32,000 bases of DNA from Zygophlyctis sp. KS116 (taxonomy: Eukaryota; Fungi; Chytridiomycota). Each line of letters starts with the position of its first letter. Positions within the stretch are counted from its first letter, which is position 1. The stretch is from NCBI GenBank assembly GCA_054661495.1, contig BAAFSQ010000087.1:4483-36482 (forward strand), in the 5' to 3' direction. Shown here piece after piece: positions 31,113 through 32,000 of the stretch. The notes under the pieces were generated by a model. The model did no database searches. It was not told where the DNA came from and was given only the letters and a program-made list of their open reading frames with translations. The translations under genes were made by a program, and so were the position numbers.

Positions 31113-32000
31113 CTACATCAGGCGCTGTCGCTTGTTACTATCAATAAAATCTACAAATCCATTAAAATTGCTTGGATCTCTTGGGTAATATTTCAAGGAG
31201 ATTTTGGGCTTGTTACTATGCCAAATAGAGATATTGGTCGCAGACATTCGCCTTGCAGCAGGTTTAACAGGTTTTCGAGATTCTCTATAATTTAATTCAA
31301 GTTCTTGAGAGTCATTAATAAATTCTTCTGAAATTCTTCCGTTAAAGTCTAATTCTGAAGTCAGAGGATCATTTGCTAAATTATCATTCGTGGCAATATC
31401 AGGATTTTCATCAGATCTTGACGAAATAATTCTTTCGTAATCAATCGCATCCCATGTTTTTGGAATAATTTCTGATTCCTGAATGTTAGAATCATATCAA
31501 AAGATCATACTGAGCTTTCTTTCAAGTTTTTAAAGGGGCTGGTGAATGGGCTTGTAAAGAAATTTATCAATTTTTTGATTGGCTTAAGTATTTTAGCCAA
31601 ATTTGATGGTGAAACGGTATCTTTGCTTGTTAAAAAACATGAGATACCCAAGCCAACTTCATCAACTACCTCTAAAGGCACCGTAGGAGCACGATCTAAG
31701 TCTTGTTTCCTTTGATCATCTATAAGAGGCTTTTGAGTATCATAATCTTGAAATCATTACATGTTAAAATCTTACCTTCTATCATTTCATCTATAATTTC
31801 AGCGTTAATATCTAAAGGAACTGTGGGCGCATAAGCAATTTCTTCCTCTCCATGATTACAGTTAATATTATCCTTTAGATGGGAGCTGTAAACACCATTG
31901 TCTTGAAAATATTATATGGAGAAATCATACCTTCTATCATTTCATCTATAATTTCAGCGTTAATATCTAAAGGAACTGTGGGTGCATAAGCAATTTCTTC
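31113..32000 (-). CDS. Hypothetical acidic protein with internal repeats, 5' part outside the window
   Basis: Not in the ORF track. Introns 31902-31930, 31747-31775 and 31479-31510 (possibly also 31621-31647) give one open frame ending ...IDSNKRQRLM at TAG 31113-31115. Confidence 0.65.
31773..32000. repeat. Direct repeat of at least 73 nt (31773-31845 and 31928-32000), one mismatch
   Basis: The copies are identical except for one synonymous change. Each encodes EEIAYAPTVPLDINAEIIDEMIE plus the splice donor. Confidence 0.9.

Noticed and set aside
1-32000. Fragmented ORFs read as pseudogenes, frameshifts or an alternative genetic code
   Set aside because: Each break I examined is bridged by a 22-32 nt GT-AG segment whose removal restores the frame and conserved motifs under the standard code.
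31773-32000. Direct repeats as a CRISPR array or LTR/transposon end
   Set aside because: The repeats are in-frame coding exon ends with splice donors. No cas or transposase genes and no repeat-spacer periodicity are present.

Overview
This is AT-rich eukaryotic genomic DNA, not prokaryotic. The gene set combines the ciliary gene ARMC9 with fungal-type NTE1, IDO/BNA2, SIZ1, an MP88-like protein and DM13-like GPI proteins, which points to a zoosporic fungus, probably a chytrid (inference). The ORF track is fragmented because the genes are interrupted by tiny GT-AG spliceosomal introns. By hand I could place about 56 introns, all 22-32 nt except one of 73 nt. About 24 genes are packed with intergenic gaps mostly under 100 nt, including two coding overlaps and a head-to-head pair whose ATGs are 5 nt apart. 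Most notable: (1) a PHOSPHO1/2-type HAD phosphatase fused in frame to a UCH-L3/Yuh1 deubiquitinase; (2) an intron-containing YihQ-type sulfoquinovosidase (GH31) with the full QQRWY sulfonate-binding signature, lying between two lipid hydrolases; (3) the ultra-short intron system and extreme gene packing; (4) two paralogous DM13-like GPI proteins and other Cys-rich surface proteins. No RNA genes, mobile elements or CRISPR arrays were recognised. All exon models were built by hand and need RNA-seq confirmation.
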